Program-made: the position numbers and the translations under genes
Source: Chthoniobacteraceae bacterium
Lineage (GTDB): Bacteria; Verrucomicrobiota; Verrucomicrobiia; Chthoniobacterales; Chthoniobacteraceae
DNA: 64,000 nucleotides
Direction of reading: 5' to 3'
NCBI GenBank assembly: GCA_031409335.1
Contig: JANNWY010000083.1
Location: forward strand, 64,001-128,000
Notes under the pieces: generated by a model
Told to the model about the DNA's origin: nothing
The model's input: only the letters and a program-made list of their open reading frames with translations
Databases searched by the model: none
Part shown: one piece after another, positions 18,982 through 29,864 of the stretch
How the letters are laid out: every line of letters begins with the position of its first letter
How positions within the stretch are numbered: the first letter of the stretch is position 1

Positions 18982-19923
18982 TTACTTGCGCACAGCGACC
19001 TGGCGGCGCGTCCGCGCGAGACTGGCTCCGACGAGCGCGAGACCAAAAAGGGCCGTGCCGGGCTCGGGCACGGCAGGCTGGACGATGGCGAGGCTGAAAG
19101 GACGCGCCGTGCCAGCGGGTGAATTGATGACGCCGACCGGTGTCGCGGCACCCGTGCCGAGATTTATGGTGTAGAGCGAGGCGATGCTGTTCGAGGTGAG
19201 CAGGGCGTAGGCAGTGTTGCTTCCGAAGCCATCGGACAGGATGTCGAATCCGGTGAGGTCGGTGGTATTGACGCCGAGCGGACCGACTGTCAGGAGCTCG
19301 CCAACGTTGGGATTGAGCGTGCGGACGAGGATGTCGAGATTCGGATCGATGTAGAAAAGTGCCGTGCCAGTGCCGGGGTTGTTATCGCTGTTGAGGTAGG
19401 CAGCTTCGTTGAGGTTGGGATTGACACCAACGTTGGCGTCGCCAACGGCAAAGGCGAGAGTGCCATCGACGATTGTCGCGCCGGTGTTCACGTTGATGCG
19501 GAGGTTTTGGTCGTCGAAATTGACCAAGCGCATCCGGTCGGGCACCGGATTGAAATCAATGCCCAGACTGCGCGTGCTGGAAGCGGGCACTGGGACGGGA
19601 GGCGAAGGGAGAGGCGCAGGGTTCGGCGTGGACGCGAGCGTCGTCGCAGCGGTGTTGAGATCTATGGTGACCACGGCGTTGGACTGCTGGGAGAAGCCGT
19701 AAAGCAGCCCGTTGGAAGGGCGGAAGTCGATGCCGTCGAGCCGGAGAGCCGCGCCGCTGAAGCCACCGACCAGCGTGGTGGTGCCGGGTGTGGCGAGGTC
19801 AAACTTGATGAGGGAAAGGCCGTTGTCCGCGATTGCGTAGGCGGTTTGCGCGCGGCTGGTGGCCGCGTTGATGGTCAGCGCGGTGACTGCGATCGCGATG
19901 GAGGTTTTCAGGATGGTTTTCAT
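18982..19923 (-). CDS. DUF4394-domain PEP-CTERM surface protein
   Basis: Signal peptide MKTILKT..., GIDFRP, GIDFNPVPDRMRLV, C-terminal VPEP + TM + basic tail; the ORF-track extension to 21336 is spurious. Confidence 0.88.
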   Translation of the reverse strand: MKTILKTSIAIAVTALTINAATSRAQTAYAIADNGLSLIKFDLATPGTTTLVGGFSGAALRLDGIDFRPSNGLLYGFSQQSNAVVTIDLNTAATTLASTPNPAPLPSPPVPVPASSTRSLGIDFNPVPDRMRLVNFDDQNLRINVNTGATIVDGTLAFAVGDANVGVNPNLNEAAYLNSDNNPGTGTALFYIDPNLDILVRTLNPNVGELLTVGPLGVNTTDLTGFDILSDGFGSNTAYALLTSNSIASLYTINLGTGAATPVGVINSPAGTARPFSLAIVQPAVPEPGTALFGLALVGASLARTRRQVAVRK

Positions 19924-20256
19924 ATTCTGTGAGTAAAGTTGAGTTGAGGGTTTTCCCTGAGATGCATTCAGGGACTTCCGCAGAGCGCGGTCGCTGTGTT
20001 TCAAACTGATAGCAAAACTCGCGGGAACGACCAAGCGTTCCTTTGTAGGAAGGCTCCTACAGCGGCGCGCGATCAGTCGGCATGGTGGATGAGCCTCCGA
20101 AGCAGACTGGAGCGCGCGCATCTTCACGACCGGCCCTTCCCATAAGGCCGTGCCGAGTCTGGCTGACGCAACCCGTCCAAATGCTTTGCCGACAGCGCGG
20201 CTTTTCCCCAACTTGACGCCATTGCCCAAAGCCTCCCAAACCGAAATGCGCGCTGT

Positions 20257-21399
20257 ATGAAAAACGTCCCCGATCCCTTTCGCGAAATCCGCAACGCAGA
20301 CGGCGTCCTCGAATGTCCTTTCCAGGGTAAAAGCGTACCGATGATTCTGCGGCATGAGGACGTGCGCAAGGCCGCGAAGGATTGGCAGACGTTCAGCTCG
20401 GACGCGCCGTTTCGCGTGCCGATCCCGTCGGAGGAGGAAGTCCGTTCGATGCGGCAATTGCCGATCGAAACGAATCCTCCCGAGCACACCGAATATCGCG
20501 CCATCGTCGAGCCGTTTTTCCAGCGCGCAAAGCAGGCCGACGTGATCGCGAAAGTGGAGGCATTGATCGCGGAAAAAATCTCCGAAGCGCTGGGCCGGGA
20601 ATCCGTCGAGATCGTGAATGAATTCGCGTTGCCGGTGCAGTCGCGCGCGCTCACTTACCTGCTGAATATGCCCGAGGCGGAAGCGGACACCTGGATCGGC
20701 TGGGGCATGCACGTCTTCAAAGTCACGGGCGGAGAATTCAAAGAAGGCACGACGCTCGAAGACTACCTCAGCGCGCAGTTCGATCGCGCCGCGGCGAACC
20801 CCGGCGCGGATTTCTTCAGCGCGCTGACCCAGGCGAGCTATCGCGGACGACCTCTCACGCGCGAGGAAATGATGGGTTTTGGCAATCTCACCTTTGCCGG
20901 CGGGCGCGACACCATCATTCACAGCATTTCCTCCGTCCTCGCGTATTTTGGCGGGAACCCGGATGCCTTGGAATACTTGCGCGCGGACCCAAAGCGCATC
21001 GTCCTCGCGAGCGAGGAATTCTTCCGCGCCTTCATGCCGCTCACGCACATTGGGCGGGTGTGCCCGGTCGAGACCAGCGTGCATGGCGTGCCGGTGAAAG
21101 CGGACGAGCGCGTGTCGCTGTGCTGGGCCTCGGCGAACTTCGACGAAACCGTCTTCGACGCACCACAGGAAATCCGCCTCGACCGGAAGCCAAATCCGCA
21201 CATCTCGTTCGGCTTCGGCGCACATCTCTGCCTCGGCGCGCCGCACGCGCGATTGATCGTGCGCAGCCTGTTGCAAGCGCTCACCGAGCGCATCGGGCGC
21301 ATCACCGTGCTCGCTGCAAAAGCACACATCGAACACGAAGCGCGCTACCAGCGCGCGAACGGCTATGAATCGCTCACGATCAAGCTCGCCCCTCGCTGA
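20257..21399 (+). CDS. Cytochrome P450
   Basis: AGGRDT (I helix), EEFFR (ExxR), SANFDE, FGFGAHLCLG heme motif. Confidence 0.95.
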   Translation: MKNVPDPFREIRNADGVLECPFQGKSVPMILRHEDVRKAAKDWQTFSSDAPFRVPIPSEEEVRSMRQLPIETNPPEHTEYRAIVEPFFQRAKQADVIAKVEALIAEKISEALGRESVEIVNEFALPVQSRALTYLLNMPEAEADTWIGWGMHVFKVTGGEFKEGTTLEDYLSAQFDRAAANPGADFFSALTQASYRGRPLTREEMMGFGNLTFAGGRDTIIHSISSVLAYFGGNPDALEYLRADPKRIVLASEEFFRAFMPLTHIGRVCPVETSVHGVPVKADERVSLCWASANFDETVFDAPQEIRLDRKPNPHISFGFGAHLCLGAPHARLIVRSLLQALTERIGRITVLAAKAHIEHEARYQRANGYESLTIKLAPR

Positions 21400-21435
21400 T
21401 CACTTCCCGCATTCGCATGGCCAAGTGGAACCCGG

Positions 21436-23220
21436 CTACGTCTTTTTAGCGGTGCTTGCGATATAGATTTCGCGCAGTTGCTTGAAATCCACCTCGACGG
21501 GCGAGTGCGTCATGAGATCGACACCGCGGTTGTTTTTCGGAAATGCAATCACATCGCGGATGCTTTCCGCGCCGACGATGAGCATGACGAGGCGGTCGAG
21601 GCCGAGCGCGATGCCACCGTGCGGCGGGGCACCGAAGCCAAATGCGCGCAGCAGGTGGCTGAACTTCACCTGCTGCTCTTCCGGCGTGACGCCGAGCGTC
21701 TCGAACATCTTCGCCTGCAAATCGCGCTCGTGGATGCGGATCGAGCCGCCGCCGAGTTCCACGCCATTGTGCACCACATCGTAGGCGACGGCGCGGACTT
21801 TTCCAAAGTCGCCCGCTTCGAGCAGCGGCATGTCCTCGGCGTTGGGGCGCGTGAACGGGTGATGGACGGCGACCCAGTGATTGTCCTCCGCACTGAACGC
21901 AAGCAGCGGAAAATCCACGACCCACAGGAAGTTCAGTTCGTCCTTCGCCGCCGCCAGCAGGCCGAGCAATTCCGCGCAGCGCAGCCGCACGCGGCCCAGC
22001 ACTTCGCAGACGGGTTCGAGTTTCAGGTCCGCGCCGAAGAAGAGCACGTCGCCCTCCGCAAAATTCATGCGCTCCGTGATCGCCGCGCGTTCGGTGTCCG
22101 AGAAGAATTTGACGATCGGGGATTCCCATTCGCCGCCGACGCTCCACTTGATGTAAGCGAGCCCTTTCGCGCCAAATTCCGTCTTCACCCACTCTTCCCA
22201 TTTCTTGAGCTGCTCCTTGCTCATCAAGGCCGCCGCGCCCTTCGCATTCAGCGCCTTGATCGCACCGCCAGCATCCGCAACAGAGCGAAATACTTTGAAC
22301 TGAGATTCCTTAAAAACATCGCCAAGATCAACCAGCTCAAGGCCAAAGCGCAAATCCGGTTTATCCGATCCGTAGCGACTCATCGCTTCGCTGTGCGCCA
22401 TCCGTGGGAAGGGCGTCGGGATTTCAATGCCGCGGGCTTCCTTGAAAATCCGGGCCAGCAATCCCTCGATCAGCGTCTGGATTTCAACGTCGGTGATGAA
22501 CGATGCCTCGACGTCGATCTGGGTGAATTCCGGCTGCCGATCCGCGCGCAAATCTTCATCACGGAAGCAGCGCGCGATCTGAAAATACTTCTCCAATCCG
22601 GCGACCTGAAGCAGTTGCTTGTATTGCTGCGGAGCCTGCGGCAGCGCGTAAAACGTGCCCGGGTTCAGCCGCGACGGGACAAGAAAATCGCGCGCGCCCT
22701 CGGGCGTCGGGTTCGACAGGATCGGCGTCTCGATTTCCAAAAAACCGGCCTCGTCGAGGTAATCGCGCGTGGCTTTGACGACGCGATGACGGAGCCGAAG
22801 ATTCCGCTGCATCGGAGCCGTGCGCAGATCGAGATAGCGGTATTGCAGCCGGAGATCCTCGTTCACGCTTGGGTCATCGAGCGGGAATGGCGGCACCTCG
22901 GCCTTGTTCAAAATCGTGAGCGATGTCGCGACGACTTCGATGTCGCCGGTGCCGAGTTTCGCGTTCTCCGAGCCGGGCAGCCGCGCGGCGACCGTGCCGG
23001 TGATTTGCACGACATCCTCGCTCCGCAGCTTGTGCGAAGCGGCTGCCACCGCCGGATTTTCCTCGGGCCGAAAAACCACCTGCGTCACACCCTCGCGATC
23101 GCGCAGGTCGATGAAGATGACGCCGTGGTGATCCCGGTTGGTATTCACCCATCCAGCGAGGGTTACGGTCTGGCCGATGTCGGTCGTGCGAAGCTGATTG
23201 CAGTGATGGGTGCGATACAT
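21436..23220 (-). CDS. aspS: Aspartate-tRNA ligase, probably non-discriminating (Asp/Asn)
   Basis: MYRTHHC, RDHHGVIFIDLRD, FRDEDLRADRQPEFTQID, GAPPHGGIALGLDR; His in RDH is typical of ND-type enzymes. Confidence 0.96.
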   Translation of the reverse strand: MYRTHHCNQLRTTDIGQTVTLAGWVNTNRDHHGVIFIDLRDREGVTQVVFRPEENPAVAAASHKLRSEDVVQITGTVAARLPGSENAKLGTGDIEVVATSLTILNKAEVPPFPLDDPSVNEDLRLQYRYLDLRTAPMQRNLRLRHRVVKATRDYLDEAGFLEIETPILSNPTPEGARDFLVPSRLNPGTFYALPQAPQQYKQLLQVAGLEKYFQIARCFRDEDLRADRQPEFTQIDVEASFITDVEIQTLIEGLLARIFKEARGIEIPTPFPRMAHSEAMSRYGSDKPDLRFGLELVDLGDVFKESQFKVFRSVADAGGAIKALNAKGAAALMSKEQLKKWEEWVKTEFGAKGLAYIKWSVGGEWESPIVKFFSDTERAAITERMNFAEGDVLFFGADLKLEPVCEVLGRVRLRCAELLGLLAAAKDELNFLWVVDFPLLAFSAEDNHWVAVHHPFTRPNAEDMPLLEAGDFGKVRAVAYDVVHNGVELGGGSIRIHERDLQAKMFETLGVTPEEQQVKFSHLLRAFGFGAPPHGGIALGLDRLVMLIVGAESIRDVIAFPKNNRGVDLMTHSPVEVDFKQLREIYIASTAKKT

Positions 23221-23299
23221 GTTGCGGATTTCGGGAGCGCGGAATGTAGCGGGAAAGCGCGGCGTGGGGAGAAGAATTTGCGACCGGCAAATTCGGGCC

Positions 23300-23342
23300 A
23301 AAAAAAATTCGGAGCCGCCGACCGACTGGCCGACGACTCCGA
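23300..23342 (-). terminator. Intrinsic terminator between guaA and aspS
   Basis: Minus strand tcggagtcgtcggcc-agtc-ggtcggcggctccga then A-T8; 15-bp stem with G-U pairs. Confidence 0.75.
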
Positions 23343-23533
23343 TGTTCCCCCCAGAACACAGGATAAGACCGACGAACTCCGATTCCGTTAGAAACTTCCC
23401 GCACATTTTCCACATAAGCCCGTCGCACTGCGAGCAAAGGCGAACCCCTTGCGCGCAAAACTCCGCTGCACGGCGCTCCGCACGCGGGGCGCGAATTTTC
23501 GAGGAGGATTTGCCTGCGCGCCTTCTTCTTCCT

Positions 23534-25102
23534 CTACTCCCACTCGATCGTCGCCGGGGGCTTGCTGCTGATGTCGTAGCAGACGCGGTTCACGCCTTTC
23601 ACTTCATTGATGATGCGGGTGCTGATGCGGGCGAGGATGTCGTAAGGCACGCGGACCCAGTCGGCAGTCATGCCATCCTGACTCTCGACGATGCGGACGG
23701 CGATGGTTTGCGCGTAGGTGCGCTCGTCGCCCATGACTCCGACGCTGCGGATGGGGAGCAGCACGGCGAAGCTCTGCCAGACTTTGTAATACCAGTCGCT
23801 CGCCTTCATTTCGCTGACAACGATGGTGTCCGCTTCACGCAGGATGCGCAGTCGATCGGGGGTGATTGCGCCAAGGATGCGGACGGCGAGGCCGGGGCCG
23901 GGGAAGGGCTGGCGCTGCACGATTTCTTTCGGCAGGCCGAGCTGCGCGCCGACTTCGCGGACTTCGTCCTTGAAGAGCTGACGCAGCGGTTCGACGAGCT
24001 TGAACTTCATGTTCTTCGGCAGTCCGCCGACGTTGTGATGGCTCTTGATGAGCGCGGCGGGATTGCCGCCGATGGCGACGCTTTCGATCACGTCGGGATA
24101 GAGCGTGCCTTGGGCGAGGAATTTGAATTTCGATTTGTGTTTCGCGCCGGTGAGTTCCTTCACGGCATCCTCGAAAACGCGGACGAATTCGTTGCCGATG
24201 ATCTTGCGTTTGCGCTCGGGGGTGGTGATGCCGCGCAGCTTTTTCAGGAAACGCGCGGAGGCGTTCACGGTCTTGAGTTTTACGTGGAAGTTGTCGCCAA
24301 AGACGCGCTTCACGGCCTCCGCTTCGTTCGAACGCAGCAGGCCGTTGTTCACAAAAACGCAGGTGAGCTGATTGCCGATGGCCTTGTGCAAGAGCGCGGC
24401 TGCGACGCTGGAATCAACGCCGCCGCTGAGCCCGAGCAGGACGTGATCGTCGCCGACTTGCTGGCGGATTTCCTGGCAGGTCTGCTCGATGAAGGAACCC
24501 ATCGTCCAATCCATATGGCAGCCGCAGATGCCGTACACAAAGTTTTGGATGATCTCCTTCCCGCGCGGGGTGTGGACGACTTCGGGGTGAAACTGGATGC
24601 CGTAGAATTGTTTCTTCGGTTGCTCGATGGCAGCGAAGGGCGAGTTGTCCGTGTGGCCGACGGCGCGGAAGCCACGCGGGAGTTTCGTCACTTTGTCGCC
24701 GTGCGAATTCCAAATATCCACGACCACGCCGAGCCCGGCGAAGAGCGCGCAATCCGCGCCGACGTGGAGCTGGCCGCGCCCGTATTCGCGATGGGTGGAA
24801 TGCTCGACCTTGCCACCGAGATGATGCGCCATGAGCTGCACGCCGTAGCAGATGCCGAGGATGGGCAGGCCGAGTGAAAAGATCGCGGGATTGGGCTGCG
24901 GCGCGTCCTTGCCATACACGCTGGATGGGCCGCCGCTGAGGATGATGCCGTTCGGTTTGAGCGCCTTGATTTCCGCGGCGGAAAGATCGTGGCGAACGAT
25001 CTGCGAATAGACCTGGCACTCGCGCACGCGCCGCGCGATGATCTGGGTGTACTGCGATCCGAAATCGAGGATGACGATGCGGGAGACGGAGCCTTCGGCC
25101 AT
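23534..25102 (-). CDS. guaA: GMP synthase (glutamine-hydrolysing)
   Basis: [51 protein letters not shown]. Confidence 0.98.
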   Translation of the reverse strand: MAEGSVSRIVILDFGSQYTQIIARRVRECQVYSQIVRHDLSAAEIKALKPNGIILSGGPSSVYGKDAPQPNPAIFSLGLPILGICYGVQLMAHHLGGKVEHSTHREYGRGQLHVGADCALFAGLGVVVDIWNSHGDKVTKLPRGFRAVGHTDNSPFAAIEQPKKQFYGIQFHPEVVHTPRGKEIIQNFVYGICGCHMDWTMGSFIEQTCQEIRQQVGDDHVLLGLSGGVDSSVAAALLHKAIGNQLTCVFVNNGLLRSNEAEAVKRVFGDNFHVKLKTVNASARFLKKLRGITTPERKRKIIGNEFVRVFEDAVKELTGAKHKSKFKFLAQGTLYPDVIESVAIGGNPAALIKSHHNVGGLPKNMKFKLVEPLRQLFKDEVREVGAQLGLPKEIVQRQPFPGPGLAVRILGAITPDRLRILREADTIVVSEMKASDWYYKVWQSFAVLLPIRSVGVMGDERTYAQTIAVRIVESQDGMTADWVRVPYDILARISTRIINEVKGVNRVCYDISSKPPATIEWE

Positions 25103-25103
25103 G

Positions 25104-25304
25104 CTAGTAGCCGACGCGCGACTGCTCGCGGATGAGAGGATCCTCGGAGCGATCCGGCTGCACGATCGTTCCCTGCCCGGTCACGCCGCGCTTCAGCTTT
25201 TCCGCGCCGGTGGTATCGGCGGCACCCGGCGGGACATCACTTTCGCAGCCGGACACGAGGACGCCCGCAGCGGCGACAAACAAAGAGAGAACAATGGCTT
25301 TCAT
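25104..25304 (-). CDS. Small lipoprotein, hypothetical (66 aa)
   Basis: [20 protein letters not shown] lipobox; stop lies 1 bp before the guaA start. Confidence 0.7.
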   Translation of the reverse strand: MKAIVLSLFVAAAGVLVSGCESDVPPGAADTTGAEKLKRGVTGQGTIVQPDRSEDPLIREQSRVGY

Positions 25305-25439
25305 GGGCGGCTGTAATAGTGAGCCGATCCGCGGCTGTCGAGTGACGAGTCGCGGGAAAGTGATGGCGCGCGCTCGGTGGGGAAATTCGATGGCCGCGCC
25401 ATTGCGCTCTTTCAATGGATATGATGGATTTCGCGGTGT

Positions 25440-27527
25440 ATGCAAATCCGCTTCACCATTCGACGCCGAGGCTTTGCAAGCGCCCTCTGTTTTCTGCTGG
25501 CTTGGTCTGCGATCGTCGTCGGGGGTGAAGCTGCGAAAGACGAAACGCCGATCAAGGTTTCCCATGCGCCGAAGCAACCGAAGTCCGGGGAACGTGTGGT
25601 GATCACAGTGGAAACGCAGCGTCCGCTGAAGACGGAGAGTCTGGTTTTGCAATATCAAGTGGTCGATCCGGGCAACTACATCGACTTGCGCGCTCCTGCC
25701 TACGCCACGGACTGGAAGGAAGCCGCGCTATCAAGTGCGGTGCGCGCGACCTCGGCAGCCAGCCGAACTGCGTTCAAAGCGGAGCTTCCGCCCGAATTGC
25801 AAACGAATCGGCGCTTGATTCGTTACCGCATTTTCTCGACCGAAAGCAAAGCCGTCGTGGCGCCAGACGCGAAGGATACGCAGCCGAACTTCGCGTATTT
25901 CGTCTATGACGGCATTCCGGAATGGCGCGGTGCGGTGAATCCGAAAGGCACCGGGCCGGAGAAGAAGGTTGTCACCTTCGATCAAAAAGTGATGCGCAGC
26001 TTGCAAGCCTATCATCTCATCGCGGAGCGGCGTGCCGTCGAGAACGTCACCTGGCACGACCCAAAGGGTTTTATGAACCCAGCCGGCAGTGAGTATGAAT
26101 ACACCGGGACGCTCGTCGCGGAGGGAGCGGTGTATGACCATGTCCGCTTTCGGGCGCGCGGCGGCCAGTGGCGCCATGCCACGGGCAAGAACATGTGGAA
26201 GATCGACTTCCTGAAAGGCCACCGCCTGGAAGCGCGTGATAACTGGGGCCGGAAGTATCCCAAAAAATGGGACAAACTGAATCTTAGCGGCTGCATCCAG
26301 CAGGCAGACTACGGAATGCGCGGCGAGCAAGGCATGCTCGATGCCGTATCCTTCAGGCTCTTCAATCTCGCGGGAGTCGAGGCGCCGCATACCCATTGGG
26401 TGCAGTTCCGAATCGTGGATGCGCCGGAGGAAACTCCCGATGACCAGTACCGCGGCGACTTCTGGGGATTGTATCTCGCGATCGAGAACGTCGATGACCA
26501 ATTCATCGAGACCCACGACTTGCCGGACGGCAATCTTTACAAGATGGACTTCAACGGTCCTGAACCAAAGCACCTGGCTGCGGATGCCCCGGATGATCGA
26601 GCCGACGTGCTTCAGTTCATGCGCGACCTGCGCCGGAATCCCAATGTCGATTGGTGGCGGACCCATGTCGATCTACCCCGCTACTACAGCTATCGCTCCA
26701 TCCTGGAAAGCGTTCACCATTACGACATCATGATGGGGAAAAACTACTATTACTTTCGCCCGACAGCCACCAAACGCTGGCAGGTGATCCCATGGGATGT
26801 GGATCTGACATGGTCGGACCGGGCGTATGGCAATGGCGAGGAGCCATTCAAACAGGCCGGCCTGCTGCGCTGCGAACCACTCACGGCAGAGTATCAATCG
26901 CGCCTCATCGAAATCCGCGACCTTCTTTTCAACGCGGAACAAACCGGGGCTTTGATCGATGAATACGCTGCGGTGATCGGTGATCTCAACGGAGGCCGCT
27001 CCTTCGTCGAGGCCGACCGCGCCAAGTGGGACTTTCACCCGATCATGTCCTCGCGATACATCCGGCCCGGCAAGAGCGGTCCCGGTTATTTCTATGGAAA
27101 CTCGCCCACGGGTGACTTCCGTGGGATGGCTCAACTCATGAAGCAGTATGTGGCGCATCGCGGTGAGTGGATAGATCGCACCCTCCTGGCGGATGCCTCC
27201 ATCCCGGCAACGCCGGTGATCGCTCCTGCCGGCCCGCTCGATGCCTCGGCTCCAAGCTGGAAGCTGCGCCTGGCCCGGCCCGCGGCGGCGCAAAAGGTCA
27301 AGTGGCGCCTCGCGGAAATCACGGACACCAAGAACCCTCCGAACCCAACCAGACTGCCGGGCAAATACGAGATCGACGCACTCTGGCAGGCGGAAGGCGG
27401 AGCGGTGGGAGACATTCCGACCAGACGTTTGGAGAAGGGGCATACCTATCGCATCAGGGCTCGCGTCCAGAACGGCGCGGGAAGCTGGAGCCATTGGTCC
27501 GCACCGGAACAAATCACCGTCCGATGA
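25440..27527 (+). CDS. Secreted CotH kinase family protein
   Basis: Signal peptide, RFRARGG, WKIDF, GLYLAIENVD, GNLYKM, WQVIPWDVDLTW. Confidence 0.85.
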   Translation: MQIRFTIRRRGFASALCFLLAWSAIVVGGEAAKDETPIKVSHAPKQPKSGERVVITVETQRPLKTESLVLQYQVVDPGNYIDLRAPAYATDWKEAALSSAVRATSAASRTAFKAELPPELQTNRRLIRYRIFSTESKAVVAPDAKDTQPNFAYFVYDGIPEWRGAVNPKGTGPEKKVVTFDQKVMRSLQAYHLIAERRAVENVTWHDPKGFMNPAGSEYEYTGTLVAEGAVYDHVRFRARGGQWRHATGKNMWKIDFLKGHRLEARDNWGRKYPKKWDKLNLSGCIQQADYGMRGEQGMLDAVSFRLFNLAGVEAPHTHWVQFRIVDAPEETPDDQYRGDFWGLYLAIENVDDQFIETHDLPDGNLYKMDFNGPEPKHLAADAPDDRADVLQFMRDLRRNPNVDWWRTHVDLPRYYSYRSILESVHHYDIMMGKNYYYFRPTATKRWQVIPWDVDLTWSDRAYGNGEEPFKQAGLLRCEPLTAEYQSRLIEIRDLLFNAEQTGALIDEYAAVIGDLNGGRSFVEADRAKWDFHPIMSSRYIRPGKSGPGYFYGNSPTGDFRGMAQLMKQYVAHRGEWIDRTLLADASIPATPVIAPAGPLDASAPSWKLRLARPAAAQKVKWRLAEITDTKNPPNPTRLPGKYEIDALWQAEGGAVGDIPTRRLEKGHTYRIRARVQNGAGSWSHWSAPEQITVR

Positions 27528-29590
27528 ACTGGCTCCTATCCCGCCTGATTCCATGCTGGTTGCTCATGGCAGTGGCGCGCGGTGATTCCAGCCATGTGGT
27601 GATCAACGAGATCATGTATCATCCGCCGGGCGATCTCGATCTTCTTCAGTTCATCGAGTTATACAATCCAGGCAAAGCCGAGTGCGACCTATCTGGGTGG
27701 GGAATCACCAAGGGTGTGAAGGTTGTCTTCCCAAAGCCAACGAAGCTCGCGCCCGGCGGATTTCTGCTAGTCGTCCGCGACCGCGCCGCATTTGGCGGGC
27801 ACTATGGAAAGGAACTGCCAATCGCGGGGGAGTTCGTGGGAAACCTGAGCCACAATGGTGAACGCATCGAATTGTCGGACGCGGAGGGCAAGGTGATCGA
27901 GACAGTGAAGTATGCCGACGCCGCACCGTGGCCGATGGCTGCGGACGGTCATTCATCGTCAGTCGAACGCATCTGCCCATTTTCCCCCGCGGACGAGGCA
28001 TCGAACTGGGCAGCCTCAAACATCCCGGACCTTGAAACACCCGCGGGCACGCCGGGCCGGGCCAACGATTCGTTTTCCGCAAATCCTCCGCCCGTCATCG
28101 GCGGTGTGATACTGACGCCGGCGATGCCAAGGCCAGCGCAAGCGACGATCGTGGAAGCACTGGTGACCGATGGAGACGGCGTGAAGGCAGTCGAAATGAC
28201 CTATCAAGTCGCGACCGCAGGCAGCCTTGCGGAGCCACTGTCGCTTGCCATGAAGCGCGTTTCTGGCGACGCCAACAAAGGACGTTACCGGGCAACCCTT
28301 CCCGCCCAGCCTGCGGGCCGGCTCGTGCGCTATCGGTTCCGTGCGATCGACGCCGCTGGCACCGCGCGCAATTCGCCCGAGGCGAATGACCTGCGCGGTG
28401 CGTGGAGCTATTCCACTTTTACAAACGACAACACTTCGAAAGTCCCGTTCGGATTCATCCTGCGCCCAGGTAGCGCGCCACTCCGGGGAAAGCCGCGCGG
28501 CTTCGGTGCACCGATTCAAAAAACCACCCGCGGGCGCGACGCATTTGTGTATCTGCCAGCGGGTGGCGGCGAGGTGCATCTGTTTGATTTCATCCAGGCT
28601 CCCCGCCGCAAGGGTGGCTACAAAGTGCGTTTTTTGAAGGATCAAACCTTGCGCGGAATGACGAGCATCAACATCGTCTTCGAGGATTCTCCCCGCTACG
28701 CGCTCTCGGAAGCGTTGTCCTATGAGCTATACCGTCTCGCCGGGGTGCCCGCGGAGATGACGGAGCACATCCGACTATGGGTCGATGGCGAATGCCGTGG
28801 CTATCATTTGTTAGTCGAACAGCCAAACAAGTCCTTCCTCGCCCGAAATGATCGCAACACGAATGGCAATCTTTACAAGCTGATCTGGTATGGCGAAGGA
28901 GTCATCGGCAAGCACGAGAAGAAGTCCAATCAGACCAATGGCCACGATGACTTGATCGCGGCAATCAATGGATTGAAGAACTTGAGCGGCGGCGACCAGT
29001 GGGCTTTCATCCAGCAGCACTTCAACGTGGAGGAATTCATCAACTACTTTGCCGTGAACATGTGCATCCAAAATTGGGATGGCTTTCACAATAACTTCTT
29101 CATCTATCACGACACCGAAGGCACTGGCCTCTGGGAAATCTATCCGTGGGATGAGGACAAGACATGGGGCGACTACGACGGCGCATCACCGAGGTATGAC
29201 TGGTACAAGCTCCCACTCTCCTTCGGCATGGATGGCGATCAGCGCCCAGACTCGCTCGGCGGACCCGCCGCGGGCAATTCCTTCCGGGGATGGTGGCGGG
29301 CGCCGGGATTCTTCAGCGGTCCCCTGCTCGCCAATCCACAGTTTCGCGAACGTTTCCTCGTCCGCCTGCGCCAAGTCTGCGCCACGATTTTTACCGAGGA
29401 GAAAGTGTTCCCGCTGATCAACGCGATGGAAAGCCGGCTCGAAAAAGAGGTGCCAATCCGGGCACAATCCAACCACGAGGACACTGCCCAGGCGGTCGCG
29501 CGCTTTCACAGCGACATGCAGTCTTTTCGTGACCAGGTGACTTACCGGCGGAAGTTCGTGCTCGACGAATTGGACAAGCTCAAGCGATAG
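27524..29590 (+). CDS. Lamin-tail-domain plus CotH kinase protein
   Basis: ATGA overlap with the upstream gene; VVINEIMYHP...FIELYN...DLSGW (LTD), GTPGRAN, GNLYKL, WEIYPWDEDKTWG. Confidence 0.85.
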   Translation: MNWLLSRLIPCWLLMAVARGDSSHVVINEIMYHPPGDLDLLQFIELYNPGKAECDLSGWGITKGVKVVFPKPTKLAPGGFLLVVRDRAAFGGHYGKELPIAGEFVGNLSHNGERIELSDAEGKVIETVKYADAAPWPMAADGHSSSVERICPFSPADEASNWAASNIPDLETPAGTPGRANDSFSANPPPVIGGVILTPAMPRPAQATIVEALVTDGDGVKAVEMTYQVATAGSLAEPLSLAMKRVSGDANKGRYRATLPAQPAGRLVRYRFRAIDAAGTARNSPEANDLRGAWSYSTFTNDNTSKVPFGFILRPGSAPLRGKPRGFGAPIQKTTRGRDAFVYLPAGGGEVHLFDFIQAPRRKGGYKVRFLKDQTLRGMTSINIVFEDSPRYALSEALSYELYRLAGVPAEMTEHIRLWVDGECRGYHLLVEQPNKSFLARNDRNTNGNLYKLIWYGEGVIGKHEKKSNQTNGHDDLIAAINGLKNLSGGDQWAFIQQHFNVEEFINYFAVNMCIQNWDGFHNNFFIYHDTEGTGLWEIYPWDEDKTWGDYDGASPRYDWYKLPLSFGMDGDQRPDSLGGPAAGNSFRGWWRAPGFFSGPLLANPQFRERFLVRLRQVCATIFTEEKVFPLINAMESRLEKEVPIRAQSNHEDTAQAVARFHSDMQSFRDQVTYRRKFVLDELDKLKR

Positions 29591-29864
29591 CGCTGGCGAC
29601 CGGGGCAAACGATGTCGCGGGAGTCGGACGCGGCTGGAACAATCGCGAGCGTCGTTTTAGCCTCGCGCCACCGGGTGATGAAGGTGCGCGGGGATCGTCT
29701 CGTGGAAGATTTGTTTTCTTTTCGGACGGACGATGGCGCGACTCGACACAGTGCGAGCTTTGCGCTTTCTCGTTAATCCCGATGAACCGGATTTACTGCG
29801 TCAAAGCCCTGGATAGAAAAGTAAGCAACCCATTTCACGGTGGATTCAACGAGGGAGTGGACGC

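Noticed and set aside
19924..21336. 784-aa ORF suggesting a large PEP-CTERM fusion
   Set aside because: The extension is antisense to the P450; a clear signal peptide starts at 19923
23221..23533. T-box leader for aspS
   Set aside because: No TGGNACCGCG T-box consensus or stem I motifs seen
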